From the NCBI GenBank assembly GCA_000388065.2, contig KB932201.1: 23,186 nt of DNA. One strand, 5' to 3'. Shown here one piece after another: positions 1 to 10,131 of this stretch. The notes below the pieces were generated by a model. That model had not been told where the DNA came from. It ran no database searches and saw nothing but the letters and a program-made list of their open reading frames with translations. The stretch comes from Fonticula alba ATCC 38817. Taxonomy: Eukaryota; Protista; Nucleariida. Position numbers and translations under genes: made by a program. Position 1 is the stretch's first letter, and every line of letters starts with the position of its first letter.

Positions 1-599
1 CCCCCCCCCGGACGAGTGCAGATCCCCGGCGCCCCCGATCACCACGTTTGTCCGGCCCCAGGACGCGCAGACGCCCGGGCGTGGGCGCGGGACCAATCGT
101 TGCCGGGGTAGCGCAACAGCCGCAAGCGTTGGCATATGGTGCTATATTTACAAGAGTCGAGGAGACGATGGGCGGGGGAAGTATGGCAGCGGAGAAGCGC
201 GCTCTCTCCCTCTTTCTCTCTCCCCCCCCCCCCTGCTCGGTCCCCCTGCCCCCTCGCTCTCCCGGGCTTCGCGCAGGAGCGACACACCAGGGGACACTCC
301 CGGTACGGAGGGGGAGAGGGAGAGAAAGAGGGGGCGGGAGAGGGAGCGCGCCCATGTATAGAGAGGGAGGGGGACAGAAGAATGGCAGGGAGATTCAGGG
401 CTGAATCGGAGGGGGAAGAGAAGGGGGGGGGAGGGGGAGGACGGGGATGGGGCAGGAGAAGCGCCGATCTGGGCCTGACTGTGCGGCCTCAATGCCGGCA
501 TCCGCACTTGCTGGCCGTCAAAGGGAGGGAGGGGGAAACACTGTCAACCCCGTGCCTTACCGGGGGGGGGTGGGGGGGGGACCCTACGCCCGGACTCAC

Positions 600-700
600 C
601 TGGCCGCATGGCCACCCCCAGTATCGGAGGAACATGCGCGCGGGCCGGTACACGTCCTGCGGCTCGCAGACAATGGCAGGAGCCATGGTGTCCGGAAGGG
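600..700 (-). CDS. Putative internal coding exon of an unidentified minus-strand gene (ALPDTMAPAIVCEPQDVYRPARMFLRYWGWPCGQ)
   Basis: Bounded by AAG acceptor (703-701) and GTGAGT donor (599-594). One frame has strongly G/C-ending codons. Candidate downstream CAG acceptor at 513-511 after a pyrimidine tract. No family recognised; the other exons are unresolved. Confidence 0.35.
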
Positions 701-1207
701 CTTGCGCGAGAAACGGCGGTGCGAGACCGGGAGAGGGAGGGAGAGAGGGAAAAAGGGGGGGGGGNNNNNNNNNNGTGCACACCCTGGGCTTGTCGGCCCC
801 GGCGGGCCGGTCGCCGGGCCGCTTTCCCGCAGAGCGGGGCACGGGGCGCTCCCCGGCCTCCCCCCCCCCGAACCGCGGGCTGGGGCGACATGCGCACGCC
901 TGGGCGCGCAGATAGCGCCGTCGGCGGGACACCCTGGCTCGCCGGCCGCCGCCCCGGCGAATGAAGGGCCCCGCAGAGCTCCAACTGTTATTATTCGAGA
1001 CGCCCACAGGGGGCGCGGGGCCAAGGGTAGTAACACGCCCGCGCCGGCGACCCCCCCCCCCCCCCCCCCCCCCCCGGACAACCCAGAACGGCACATACAA
1101 AAATGAAAATGCCCACACCGCCCGCATCCCCGGACGTTGCCTGCCCCGCTGGAGAACAGACCCGCGCCCGTGCATCTCGCCCCCGGCCGCCACGTCCATG
1201 CGCTACA

Positions 1208-1521
1208 CCCCCCCCCCCCCCTCCCGGGCGGGCATTCCTCTTGGACGGAGGCGCGGCCGCNNNNNNNNNNNNNNNNNNNNNNNNNNNNNNNNNNNNNNNN
1301 NNNNNNNNNNNNNNNNNNNNNNNNNNNNNNNNNNNNNNNNNNNNNNNNNNNNNNNNNNNNNNNNNNNNNNNNNNNNNNNNNNNNNNNNNNNNNNNNNNNN
1401 NNNNNNNNNNNNNNNNNNNNNNNNNNNNNNNNNNNNNNNNNNNNNNNNNNNNNNNNNNNNNNNNNNNNNCCCCCCCCCCCCCCTCCCGGCGGGCATTCCT
1501 CTTGGACGGAGGCGCGGCCGC
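1208..1521. repeat. ~50-bp near-identical direct duplication flanking a 209-N gap (probable contig overlap)
   Basis: C-run+TCCCGG(G)CGGGCATTCCTCTTGGACGGAGGCGCGGCCGC ends at 1260, just before the gap. It recurs at 1470-1521 just after the gap and differs by one G. Confidence 0.8.
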
Positions 1522-2120
1522 GCAGGCGCCGCTTGGCCCCAAGCCCCTGAGGAGGACTGGCCGCCAGGGGCCGGAATAACGGCCCCCACCAGCAGCCAGG
1601 AGGAGGTCCCCCGGCTGGCCGCGGCGTCCAGACAGGCCTGACAGACGGCACGCCGTGCCGAAGTGGGCGGCCGCGCCCGGGCTCGCCTCCCGCGCCGGGT
1701 CAGGCTGGCACTGCGCGGCGCGGGAAAAAGCGCCGGCCCCGGCCCTCCAGTTACCAACGGTACCGCGGCCCCCCCCCCCGGGTCTGGGCGGGTGGGGGGC
1801 CGGACCCGGACGCCGCCGGAAGCGACCGCCACCCCGTCGCCGACGTTGTCCCCAGCCACCAGAGCACTCTGTGTTACGCACGGGTGTTCATGGCCCTGCC
1901 CCCCGCCCGCACCCCGCGGATCTGGTGCGCCCCGGTATGCGCCTCCCCCCGTCCGCCTGGCAGTTCACACAAACACGGCCCCGCCCCCGGCCCGGGTGCC
2001 CCCCACGTACGCACGCGCACGTACACACATCCACAACCAAGGACCGCGTCCTGCCGGAGGCGGGGGGGGGGGGGGGCTGCCACCACCGGGGCCGAGTGTG
2101 CGGCCCCGCGCATGCATGGT

Positions 2121-2121
<1 letters not shown>

Positions 2122-2153
<32 letters not shown>
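2122..2153. repeat. (CA)16 microsatellite
   Basis: Directly visible. Confidence 0.95.
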
Positions 2154-2157
<4 letters not shown>

Positions 2158-2204
2158 TTCCACACGCTCCCTCATGTCAAAAGGCGGCCGCCCAGCCGGG
2201 ATCC

Positions 2205-2211
2205 AAAAAAA
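2205..2211 (-). terminator. RNA polymerase III terminator (T7) of the tRNA gene
   Basis: A7 on + strand equals TTTTTTT on the - strand, starting 3 nt after the tRNA discriminator base. Confidence 0.8.
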
Positions 2212-2214
2212 TAT

Positions 2215-2288
2215 TGACCACGATGCGGCTCGAACACACAACCTCCTGATCCGTAGTCAGGTGCTCTATCCAATTGAGCTACGCGGCC
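2215..2288 (-). tRNA. tRNA-Arg(ACG), intronless
   Basis: Reverse complement GGCCGCG TA GCTC AATTGGATA GAGC A CCTGA CT-ACG-GA TCAGG AGGTT GTGTG TTCGAGC CGCAT CGTGGTC A folds into a full cloverleaf. Anticodon ACG at 2254-2252. A-box and B-box present; no encoded CCA. Confidence 0.95.
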
Positions 2289-2932
2289 ATGGGTACTTGA
2301 ACGCCTGCGGGCCATATATTCCCCGGGTCTTCTTCGGCGCGGGATGCGCGCGAGACGCGTGTCCGTAGAATCGAGAGCGCGAGAGGCTTTGCATGGCCCA
2401 GCACCGAAGACGGGTTAACTCTCGGTGCTGGCTCGGCCTCCCGCGCCCAGGCCAGCAGTCCCTGGCCCGGGTCTGTCGCTCCGGAAGAAAGCATTATTTA
2501 ATAGGGTTTTTCTTCCGATCTCCCCTCCGCCGACCCGGGCCTCACGCATGCAGGGCCGACGGAACCGCCGCGCCGCCCGGCCGATCCGGGGCCGGTTAAC
2601 AAATTTAGTTTCCCATTGCCGGCACTGCTGCCAACGCCTGCTGGCCCGTTTCCCCCCCCCCCCCCCCCCGTATAGCAGCCCGCCACGCCGGTGCGATCGG
2701 TAGATAGCTTTTTGGCCGCCGCCCAGCCCGGAGCCCTCTCCACGGCCGAAGAAGAGTCCTCTCTCCTGTTGTTGTCCCCCCGCCTCCCCCGCCGCCGCCA
2801 GCGCTCTCTTTCTTCCTTCTTTCTTCCTTCTTTCTTCCTTTGGGGCTACCTGCGCTCGCCCGGTCGACCCCTTCTCCCTTGTGGTTCCCCCTGGCCTGCT
2901 GCCCGCCCCTACACCCCCCTCCCCCTGGAGAG

Positions 2933-3816
2933 ATGGCCCCGCCGCGGCCGCCCCCGGCGTCGCAGCCACAGCCACCGCCTGGCCGCCCGGCCGCCCGGAA
3001 GGCGCGCCACTTCCAGGCCTCCTTCCACTCGGGGCGCGCGCACCTCGTCAGTGAGCGCCGGCGCACGGCCGACATAGCCCTGTCAGCAGGGGACGCTCCC
3101 ACGGCCGGCGGCCCTCCCGCGCCCACGGTCACAGTCGGTCGATTTGATTTCAATGCGCCGGATGACGCGCCCCTCCCCGAGCCCGGCCCCGCGACCGGCA
3201 CGCCCGGCCCCCGGCACTTCGACCGGTTTCTCCTGCACCCGGCCGTCCTGCGAGCAATCCGCTTGGCCGGCTACTGCCAGCCCTCGCCGGTCCAGGCGGC
3301 CGCCCTGCCCGTAGCTCGCGCCGGGGCCGATCTCGTCGTGCAGAGCGCCTCGGGCACCGGCAAGACCTTGGTCTTTGCCATCCCCATCGCAGAGCTGGTT
3401 CTGTCGGACCGCGGGGCCAGCCGAGCGGCGGCGGCGGCGGCGGCGGGCGCCGCCGCGTCCACTTCCCCTGGCCCCGGGGCGCATGGGCCCCCGGTCGATC
3501 CCACTCGAGCCTTGGTGGTGGCCCCGACGCGCGAGATCGCCATCCAAATCGCCGACGTCCTGCGCGCCTGCCTGCCGGAGCCCGCCGGCTCCGGCCCCGG
3601 GGCCTGGGTGGCCCTATGCATCGGCGGGCAATCGGTGCAAGATGGCCGGCGGAGCTTCGGCGATCCGCGCCTGGCCCCGGTGGTCGTTGGCACCCCCGGG
3701 CGTCTGGGGCACTTGCTGGAGGCCGGGGATCTGCGCCTCGGCCGCGTGCGCATCCTTGTTCTGGATGAGGCGGATCTGCTCTTCCGCGGCTTGGGTCCCG
3801 GGCGTGGCAGTGGCGC

Positions 3817-3850
<34 letters not shown>

Positions 3851-5722
3851 AGCGACGGCACCACGAGCAGCAGCACCACCCCCTTCCACCGGGATTTGCT
3901 GCGAGTGGTGCGCGCATGCCCGGCTCCCGGCGACCGGCAGACCATCCTAGTGTCGGCCACCTGGCCCCCGGGTGTCCGGCGTCTGGCCGGCGAGGTGGTG
4001 TATGGCCGGCCGGTCGGCGGCCGAGCCCTTGGTCCGGCGCCATCACCGGTGCTGGTGGCCGTCGGTCGTGGCGATCGTCCGGCCCTGCGTGGCCTTGCGC
4101 ACTTTCACCTGGACCCAGGTCTTGGGACGGCCCCGCCAGGGGCGCTGGCCTCGATTGTTGCCAGCGCTCTCGGCCTGCCGGCCGACGACCCGGAAGTTGA
4201 AGGTACGCCCATACGGGCATGCAGGCTCTCAGGTGAATTTTGCGTCCTCTCAAGTGTGCTTGTGTGTGCTTGTGTGTGCTTGTGTGTGCTTGTGTGTGCC
4301 TGTGTGTGCTTGTGTGTGCCTGTGTGTGCTTGTGTGTGCTTGTGTGTGCGTCCGTGCCTATGGACATGCCTGTGCCTATGTCCATGTCCGTGTCCGTGCA
4401 TGTGTGTAAATATATGCAGATGCCTACAAGTACTTGTGCATGTGTATGTGTGTGTGCCCATGGGTGCATGTGCTTGGATGTGCCTGGCATGCGCCTGTGC
4501 CTGTGCACCTGCCCAGGCAACCAGCCATCTCCCGCCCTTCGCTGACTCGCTGCATCGATCGGGACCAGACCTGACGGCCAAAGTCCACCGGCTGTCGGAA
4601 CTCCTCCATGCCAACACCCCTGGCCCGGTGCACCAGGCGGTGGTCTTCGCCCGGCGGCGGAGCCACGTCTCCGCGGTGGCCACCGCCCTGGAGCGCCTGG
4701 GCCACCGCGTGGTGGCACTCTCCTCGCTGGAGGAGCAGGAGGCCCGGGTGCGCGCGCTGCAGGCCCTTCGCTCCAGCACCGCCCGGGTGCTGGTATCGAC
4801 GGACCTGGCCGCGCGCGGGGTGGACCTCGAGCGCGTCAACCTCGTGGCCATGCTGGACGTCGGCACGTCCGGACCCCCGGGCCATGCACCGGACGAGGGC
4901 CCCACCAAAGCGCCAGTGCCCATGGGCCCGCTGGATGCCGAGCAGGCGGCCCAGTACTTCCATCGGGCCGGCCGCGCGGGGCGCTTCGGGTCCTTCGGGG
5001 CCGTGGTGCTGGTTGACCGGCTGGCGGCCGTCCGGCGGCTTGCCCCTCTACTCGGCGCCGAAGTCCTCCCCGAGAGCGGCCCTCCGCCCGGGGATGATGG
5101 CGACTACTTTGCCCTGATGAATGGCGGGGATCTGGCCGGTCCCGAGCCCGGGATGCGGATCTTCCCCTGTCCGCCAGTCCTGCCCGGCCTCATTGGCGAC
5201 TACCTGACGGCCGAGCCGGCGGCCAGCCCCCCCTCCGCGGCCAAACCCAACGACACCGACCAAAATGCAGCACCCGGGCACAGTGACGACGAGGCGGAGT
5301 ACACCCGGCGCGCGGCCGCCGCATCGGGACGCAGTCTCCGCGCCCTGGCCGGGCTCCTGGCCCAGGCCGAGCAATCGGTCATGGCCCCGGACGATCTACC
5401 CTCGGCGGAGGAGCTGGAGGGCCCCGTGGCCGGTGACGCCCCCCGGGCCCCGGGGCCAGGCCCGACAGCGCCGGCCACCCCCCCGGCCGCGGTCGCATCC
5501 TCGCATGCCAGCACCCGGCCCGGCTCCTGGAACTGGCCATCGGGCACGACCATCCCCGGACCCGATCCTCCTTGGGTTCCCGCGCCGGGGCCCGTGTGTC
5601 CGGCGCTTCTGACCCCTGCCTCATGGCCGCGGATGCCCCTGCTGGATGGGCGGCCCGCCTGGCCAGCGGCGGGGGCGCCCGCTTTTCTGCCCTTTCGCCG
5701 GCTCCCGAGCGACCTTGCGTGA
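2933..5722 (+). CDS. DDX20: DEAD-box RNA helicase, DDX20/Gemin3-like (exons 2933-4202, 4569-5722; ~807 aa)
   Basis: Q motif GYCQPSPVQ, I VQSASGTGKT, Ia APTREIAIQI, GTPGR, II DEAD, III VSATWP, IV QAVVF, V STDLAARGVD, VI HRAGRAGRFG. DDX20-type details include DLVVQ..SGTGKT, PALRGL and ERVNLV. Intron GTACGC(4203)..GCTGAC branch(4541)..CAG(4568) restores EDLTAKVHRLSELL. The ORF-track start 2840 is TTG; the first ATG is 2933. An upstream exon cannot be excluded. Confidence 0.8.
4254..4350. repeat. 10-bp minisatellite (TGTGTGTGCY)x9 inside the DDX20 intron
   Basis: Nine registered 10-mers at 4261-4350 plus a partial copy from 4254. Confidence 0.9.
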
Positions 5723-5874
5723 CCTTGCGTGCCACTCTACCGCCGCCACAATAGACTCTCCCCCCCCCCCTCTCTCCCCCCTGCTTGCTTCCCCGTTTGC
5801 CCCCGCCCCCCCGCCCTTTAATCGTCTACTTGCCGGCTCCATGGCCAAAACACCCGCAGCTTGATGGGTTCTCC

Positions 5875-5880
5875 TTTATT
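5875..5880 (-). promoter_or_regulatory. Candidate polyadenylation signal AATAAA for the poly(A) polymerase mRNA (second candidate ATTAAA at 5822-5817)
   Basis: TTTATT on + equals AATAAA on -, 400 nt past the PAP stop. The hexamer is rare in this GC-rich sequence. Confidence 0.5.
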
Positions 5881-6280
5881 GACGCGTACATGGGCGGGGC
5901 GAAAGAAAGAGCGGGAGACACGGACACCGACATGGGTGTCCGGCGAGTTGAGGACGCAAGGACAAGGGGGGCTGGATGGGGGAAGGGGGAGGAGGCGGGA
6001 GACGCGCGTGCGGACACAAATACACCGACACATAGACATACACACAGAGGTGACACGCAATGCGGGCCTGGCCGAAGAGCACAACACAAACACACACACA
6101 AATACACACACACACACACACACACCGACAAGAGCGGGGCGGAAAGCAAAGGGCGAGCGGGTGGCAACGCACGCATCCGGAGACGGGAAGAGGAGCGAGG
6201 AGGGGGGGATGCCGGTGCTCGGGAGACTCGCAGCCAATCGGTGCAACAGGCCATCGCAAAGTACGCCATGCGCACGTGCA

Positions 6281-9223
6281 TCAGCTGGCCACCCGCTGGC
6301 GCTTGGCCTCCGGCTCGATGTCGGGGGTGGCAGCGCTGTCGGGCACGGCCGAGCCGGCGGAGGTGGCATCCGGCGACGAGGTCTCGGCCCCGGCAGCCCC
6401 GTCGGCCGCAGTCTCCGGCGTGGTCTCCCCGGCATCCGCGGCGCGGCGCTTCTTCCGCCGCCGGCCCGGCGCCCCGAGGCCCAGACTCTCGAAGACAAAC
6501 TCCGGCAGGCTTTCCTGGCGGTAGTGGCGGAAGCGTGCAATCAGCCCCTGGAAGCGGGACTGGTACTCAAAAAGGTTGACCATGAATTCCCGGCAGGGCT
6601 CCGTCAGGCTGAGGGATTGCGTGTCGCCCGTGCGCGAGGCCAGAGCCTTGCGCTCGGCCTTGGACATGAGGGAGATGCCCACAAAGAAGGAGGACATCTG
6701 GCTGACCGGACCTTCGCCCATGGTCTTCAGCTCGTTCGGGTCATTCGGATTGCATGGTAGCATGGCCAGGCGCTGGGCATCCGGGTCGGTGTGGGGGATG
6801 GCCCGGTTGAAGGGAGCCGCGGTCTTCAGAATCGGGACCTTCTCCAAGTTGTGGATGAGCACACGCATGCGCGACTCGACGAAGCCCTTCCTGCTCGCGG
6901 CCAGTGCGCGAGCATGAGCGCGAAGTGACAACGGCAGCGGCGGCGGCGACGGCAGCAGCAGCGGCGACGGCGGCGACCAAGGAGAGATGGCAGCGGTGCC
7001 ATTTGAAGGCCCCACGGGAGGGAGGGGAGAGCAAGACACCGGATGTGTGAGAGTGACAGGCGTTAGGGGGAGCGTATAAGGATGGGGCTGGGAGGGGGCG
7101 TGCCGACAGATGCGGCCGGCGGGCCAGGGCAGCCGCATCGGTGGTGGAAGTTCAACAAGCCGGCGAAGAGCAGGGCGGCTGCCAAACGAGCAGGGGCCGC
7201 GCGAGGCCCAGCACCTGACAGGGAAGCGCGGGCCCGAGGCAGCACTTCATGCGGCCCGAAGAGGCAAGATGGCGAAGGAAGGAGCGAGAGAGGGGGAAAG
7301 GGGGAAAGGGGGAGAGAGCGCGCGAAAGGAAGAAATGGCCGGAAGAGGGGGAAAGAGGCAGGGCGAAGAAGGCGCGCACCAAGAGGCGTGGTCGGCGTCC
7401 CCGCGCGAGGCCACGATAATCTCCAAATACAGGCCATAGTGTGTGAAGAAGTCCGTGTGGTCGAAGAGCTCCTCCAGGTTCTTGGTGTCGAAGTCTGCCA
7501 GCAGAGCCTTGTCGGCAGCGGCGTACGGCTCACCGGCGGCGGGCTTGGTGACGGCGCTGGGATCGTGCCGGTTGAGGATGGTCACACCTGCGAGGGGGGG
7601 AGGATGGGGGGGGAGCATGTGTGGGTCATCATGCAGGGCCAGAGGAAGAGGTGGCAGATGTGCGACGTACCGCGGCGGATTTCCTCCTTCATCCGGGCGT
7701 ACGTCGACTGGGTGACGTTGTAGGTGGAATTCATGACTGGGTAGGTGGGGGTAATGATCGGCATGACCGGCTGCGGGCCGCGATTCGGCAGCGGCGGGGC
7801 CCACTGCGGCAATGGCTTGGAGTAGTCAATGCTCTTGATGATGACCGGGATCTTCCAATTCCTGAGGCACGCTCGCCGGAGGACAGGGAGATGATGAAGG
7901 GAACAGCGGACAAGAGGGGGTTGGAGGGGGGAGGGGAGGAGGGGGGGGGAGTAAGCACGAGATGTCCAGGCAGGCGCACATGCCCGCGGCCAAGAGGGAG
8001 GCGGCCAAGAGGGAAAGGCAGAGGGAGGACACAACGCACCACATGTGATACACGCGGAAGAAGTTGTGCACTAGCATCGACGGCGAGGCGTTCGGATAGA
8101 GCTGAGCCACCCGGCCGACCATGATGGCCAGCGCAATGCCGCCCACATAGCACAGGGGGTTGGAGTAGATGGCTCGGCGTTGGGCCCAGTGCTTGATGGC
8201 GCGCAAGGCCTGGCAGAAGTTCTGCGCATTCGGCACATTGGCCAGGAGATCCTGCGCCACGCGTGGGCCATTCAGCGACCGAAGGGTATTTTGGTCGTGC
8301 TCCTGGTCCACACGCGGGTCCATGAGGCTGAAGTTGTCCGGGATCGAGGCGAAGTTCAGCTTGGCGAAGAGCAGGTCGATCTCCACCCCGCAGAACTTCA
8401 TCTTGATGATGGGGACTCGGGCCTCGGGGACTTTCTGCGAAGAGGCACAGGGGAAAGGCCGCGGGGGCGGGGAGGGGGGGGGGGAATGTTGGTACAGGAG
8501 GATGATGCAAGTGGGAGAAGGGGAGGATGCGCCCATATATATATATATATATATATGGGAGAAACAGGAAGGGGAGAGGGAGAGGGAGAGAGGGGGGGGG
8601 AGAGCGCACAACAAGGTCCGTGGTGTCGCTCNNNNNNNNNNNNNNNNNNNNNNNNNGGGGGGGGGGGGCGAAGGGGAGTCAGACGCGATGTCGGGACAGA
8701 AAAAACCCCGAGGTCCAGGTGGACAGCCGGGGGGAGGGGGCGCACCTCGCTGGTGGGCACCGAGTCGGTATGAGCCGAGCGTGTAGATCTTGCCGCCGGC
8801 GCGCGAGGCCAGTGTCTGGGAATAGCCCTGATGTCCATCGGGGGAAGGTATGGCGGTGAGAAGACCGCCAGCATGGGGCATCGGAGAGGCGAAAGGAGGG
8901 AGGCGAGGGGAGGGAGGGCCCACGCACCTGCGTGATCATGCAGTCGTAGACCCACTTCTTGACAATTTGATCCAGCGTGGCCAGGAGGTTCTGCCTGCAA
9001 GGATGGGCGGGAAGGGGGAACGAGGGTAGCATGTTAGGCGAGGCTACATACACATGCGGAAACAAGCGAGGCAGTGGCCAGAAGGGGAGAAAGAGAGGCG
9101 CACTTGTCCTCGGCCTCGGATGCACTTTCAAAGTAGCCAGCCAGCTTGAGGGTCCGGTCCAGGGCCTCGTCGCGGATCAGGTCCCGCGGCGCCGGGCCCT
9201 CGGAGGAGAGGACCACATTATCA
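6281..9223 (-). CDS. PAP1: Canonical nuclear poly(A) polymerase, 5'-partial. Exons 9223-9104, 8994-8928, 8827-8746, [gap]-8610, 8434-8040, 7861-7671, 7587-7380, 6890-6281
   Basis: Spliced translation gives GGKIYTLGSYRLG, VPEARVPIIKMKFCGVEIDLLFA, LRSLNGPRV, LRAIKHWAQRRAIYSN, QLYPNA, MPIITPTYPVMNSTYNV, DFFTHYGLYLEI, WKGFVESRMRVL. All junction phases agree. The C-terminus has NLS-like RRRKKRR and AKRQRV. The DxD exon falls in the 25-N gap 8632-8656. The start lies upstream of the intron ending at 9224 and is unresolved. Confidence 0.92.
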
Positions 9224-9238
9224 CTGTGCCATGGACAC

Positions 9239-9246
<8 letters not shown>

Positions 9247-9270
<24 letters not shown>
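9247..9270. repeat. (GT)12 microsatellite running into a 221-N gap (PAP intron)
   Basis: Directly visible; truncated by the gap at 9271. Confidence 0.9.
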
Positions 9271-10131
9271 NNNNNNNNNNNNNNNNNNNNNNNNNNNNNN
9301 NNNNNNNNNNNNNNNNNNNNNNNNNNNNNNNNNNNNNNNNNNNNNNNNNNNNNNNNNNNNNNNNNNNNNNNNNNNNNNNNNNNNNNNNNNNNNNNNNNNN
9401 NNNNNNNNNNNNNNNNNNNNNNNNNNNNNNNNNNNNNNNNNNNNNNNNNNNNNNNNNNNNNNNNNNNNNNNNNNNNNNNNNNNNNNNNNNNGCTGGGCAC
9501 GGCGGGGGCACATCAAGTGGCAGGCCCCGCCTGCCGTGGTTCAACGGACAGGGCACGCCTTCCGTGGCATCCGCCCGGTGCGAATGAAAACCGCCGTATG
9601 CCGGGAGTTCGCACAGACGGAGAGAAAGGGCGTGGTTCAGCGGAGGGAAAGAGAGAGAAAGAGAGGCAGGGAGAGAACCCTGCCCCGACCGGAAGGATGG
9701 GGGCCATACGCTGTGTCCCTGGAGGCGGGAAGACTCAGCCGGCCAGGGCATATGATTGCTCAGGCCTCGCACGTGACCCTCCGCATTGCTTCCTGCCCTT
9801 GGACAGCAGCCCACCAGCCCGTCCCTGAGAAGGCGGTCGATCTGCCTTGGTGAGCCCTCGTCCGCGCCCTCACAGGCCCCCGGGAGAGGCGGGGGAGGGG
9901 GACGTGTATTTCCGACGGCAGAGCAATGTGCCCCGGCGCTCTCCACCGGCGCGTGCGCGATCGTGCATGGCTCCCCCCCTCTCCCTCTCTCTCTCCCTCT
10001 CTCCCTCTCTCCCCTTCTTCCGCCTGCTCGCCCCAGACACCGTGCTCTCGGCCGGCCCCCTCCCTGATCGCCCGCCTTCCCTCCCTTCGCATCTTATCAC
10101 CTTTCTCCCTGCCCCCTTCGCGCCAAGCCCG

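Noticed and set aside
1208-1521. Direct repeats flanking a gap as LTRs/target-site duplication or a hidden tandem array
   Set aside because: Each copy abuts a contig end and starts in a C homopolymer, which is the usual sign of unmerged overlapping contigs. There are no element hallmarks.
4254-4350. Regular repeats as a CRISPR array
   Set aside because: These are tandem 10-mers without spacers in a eukaryotic intron, and there are no cas genes.
3150-4718. Long antisense ORFs over DDX20, the UVRAG-like gene and others (e.g. 3150-4718 -, 16798-18084 -)
   Set aside because: These are expected shadows of high-GC coding sequence, Arg/Pro/Gly-rich with no recognisable domains.
2840-5722. Single-exon 960-aa helicase with a Cys-rich membrane or metal-binding domain
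   Set aside because: The start is TTG in a pyrimidine tract, and the Cys-rich part is a TG minisatellite inside a well-formed intron.
8610-8745. Poly(A) polymerase apparently lacking its catalytic DxD motif (dead enzyme or pseudogene)
   Set aside because: The exon that should carry it falls in the 25-N gap (8632-8656). Its 3' end (SDTTDLV|GTGCGC) is visible after the gap, and a branch point plus C tract precede it. Roughly 80-90 coding nt are missing, so the gap is under-sized.
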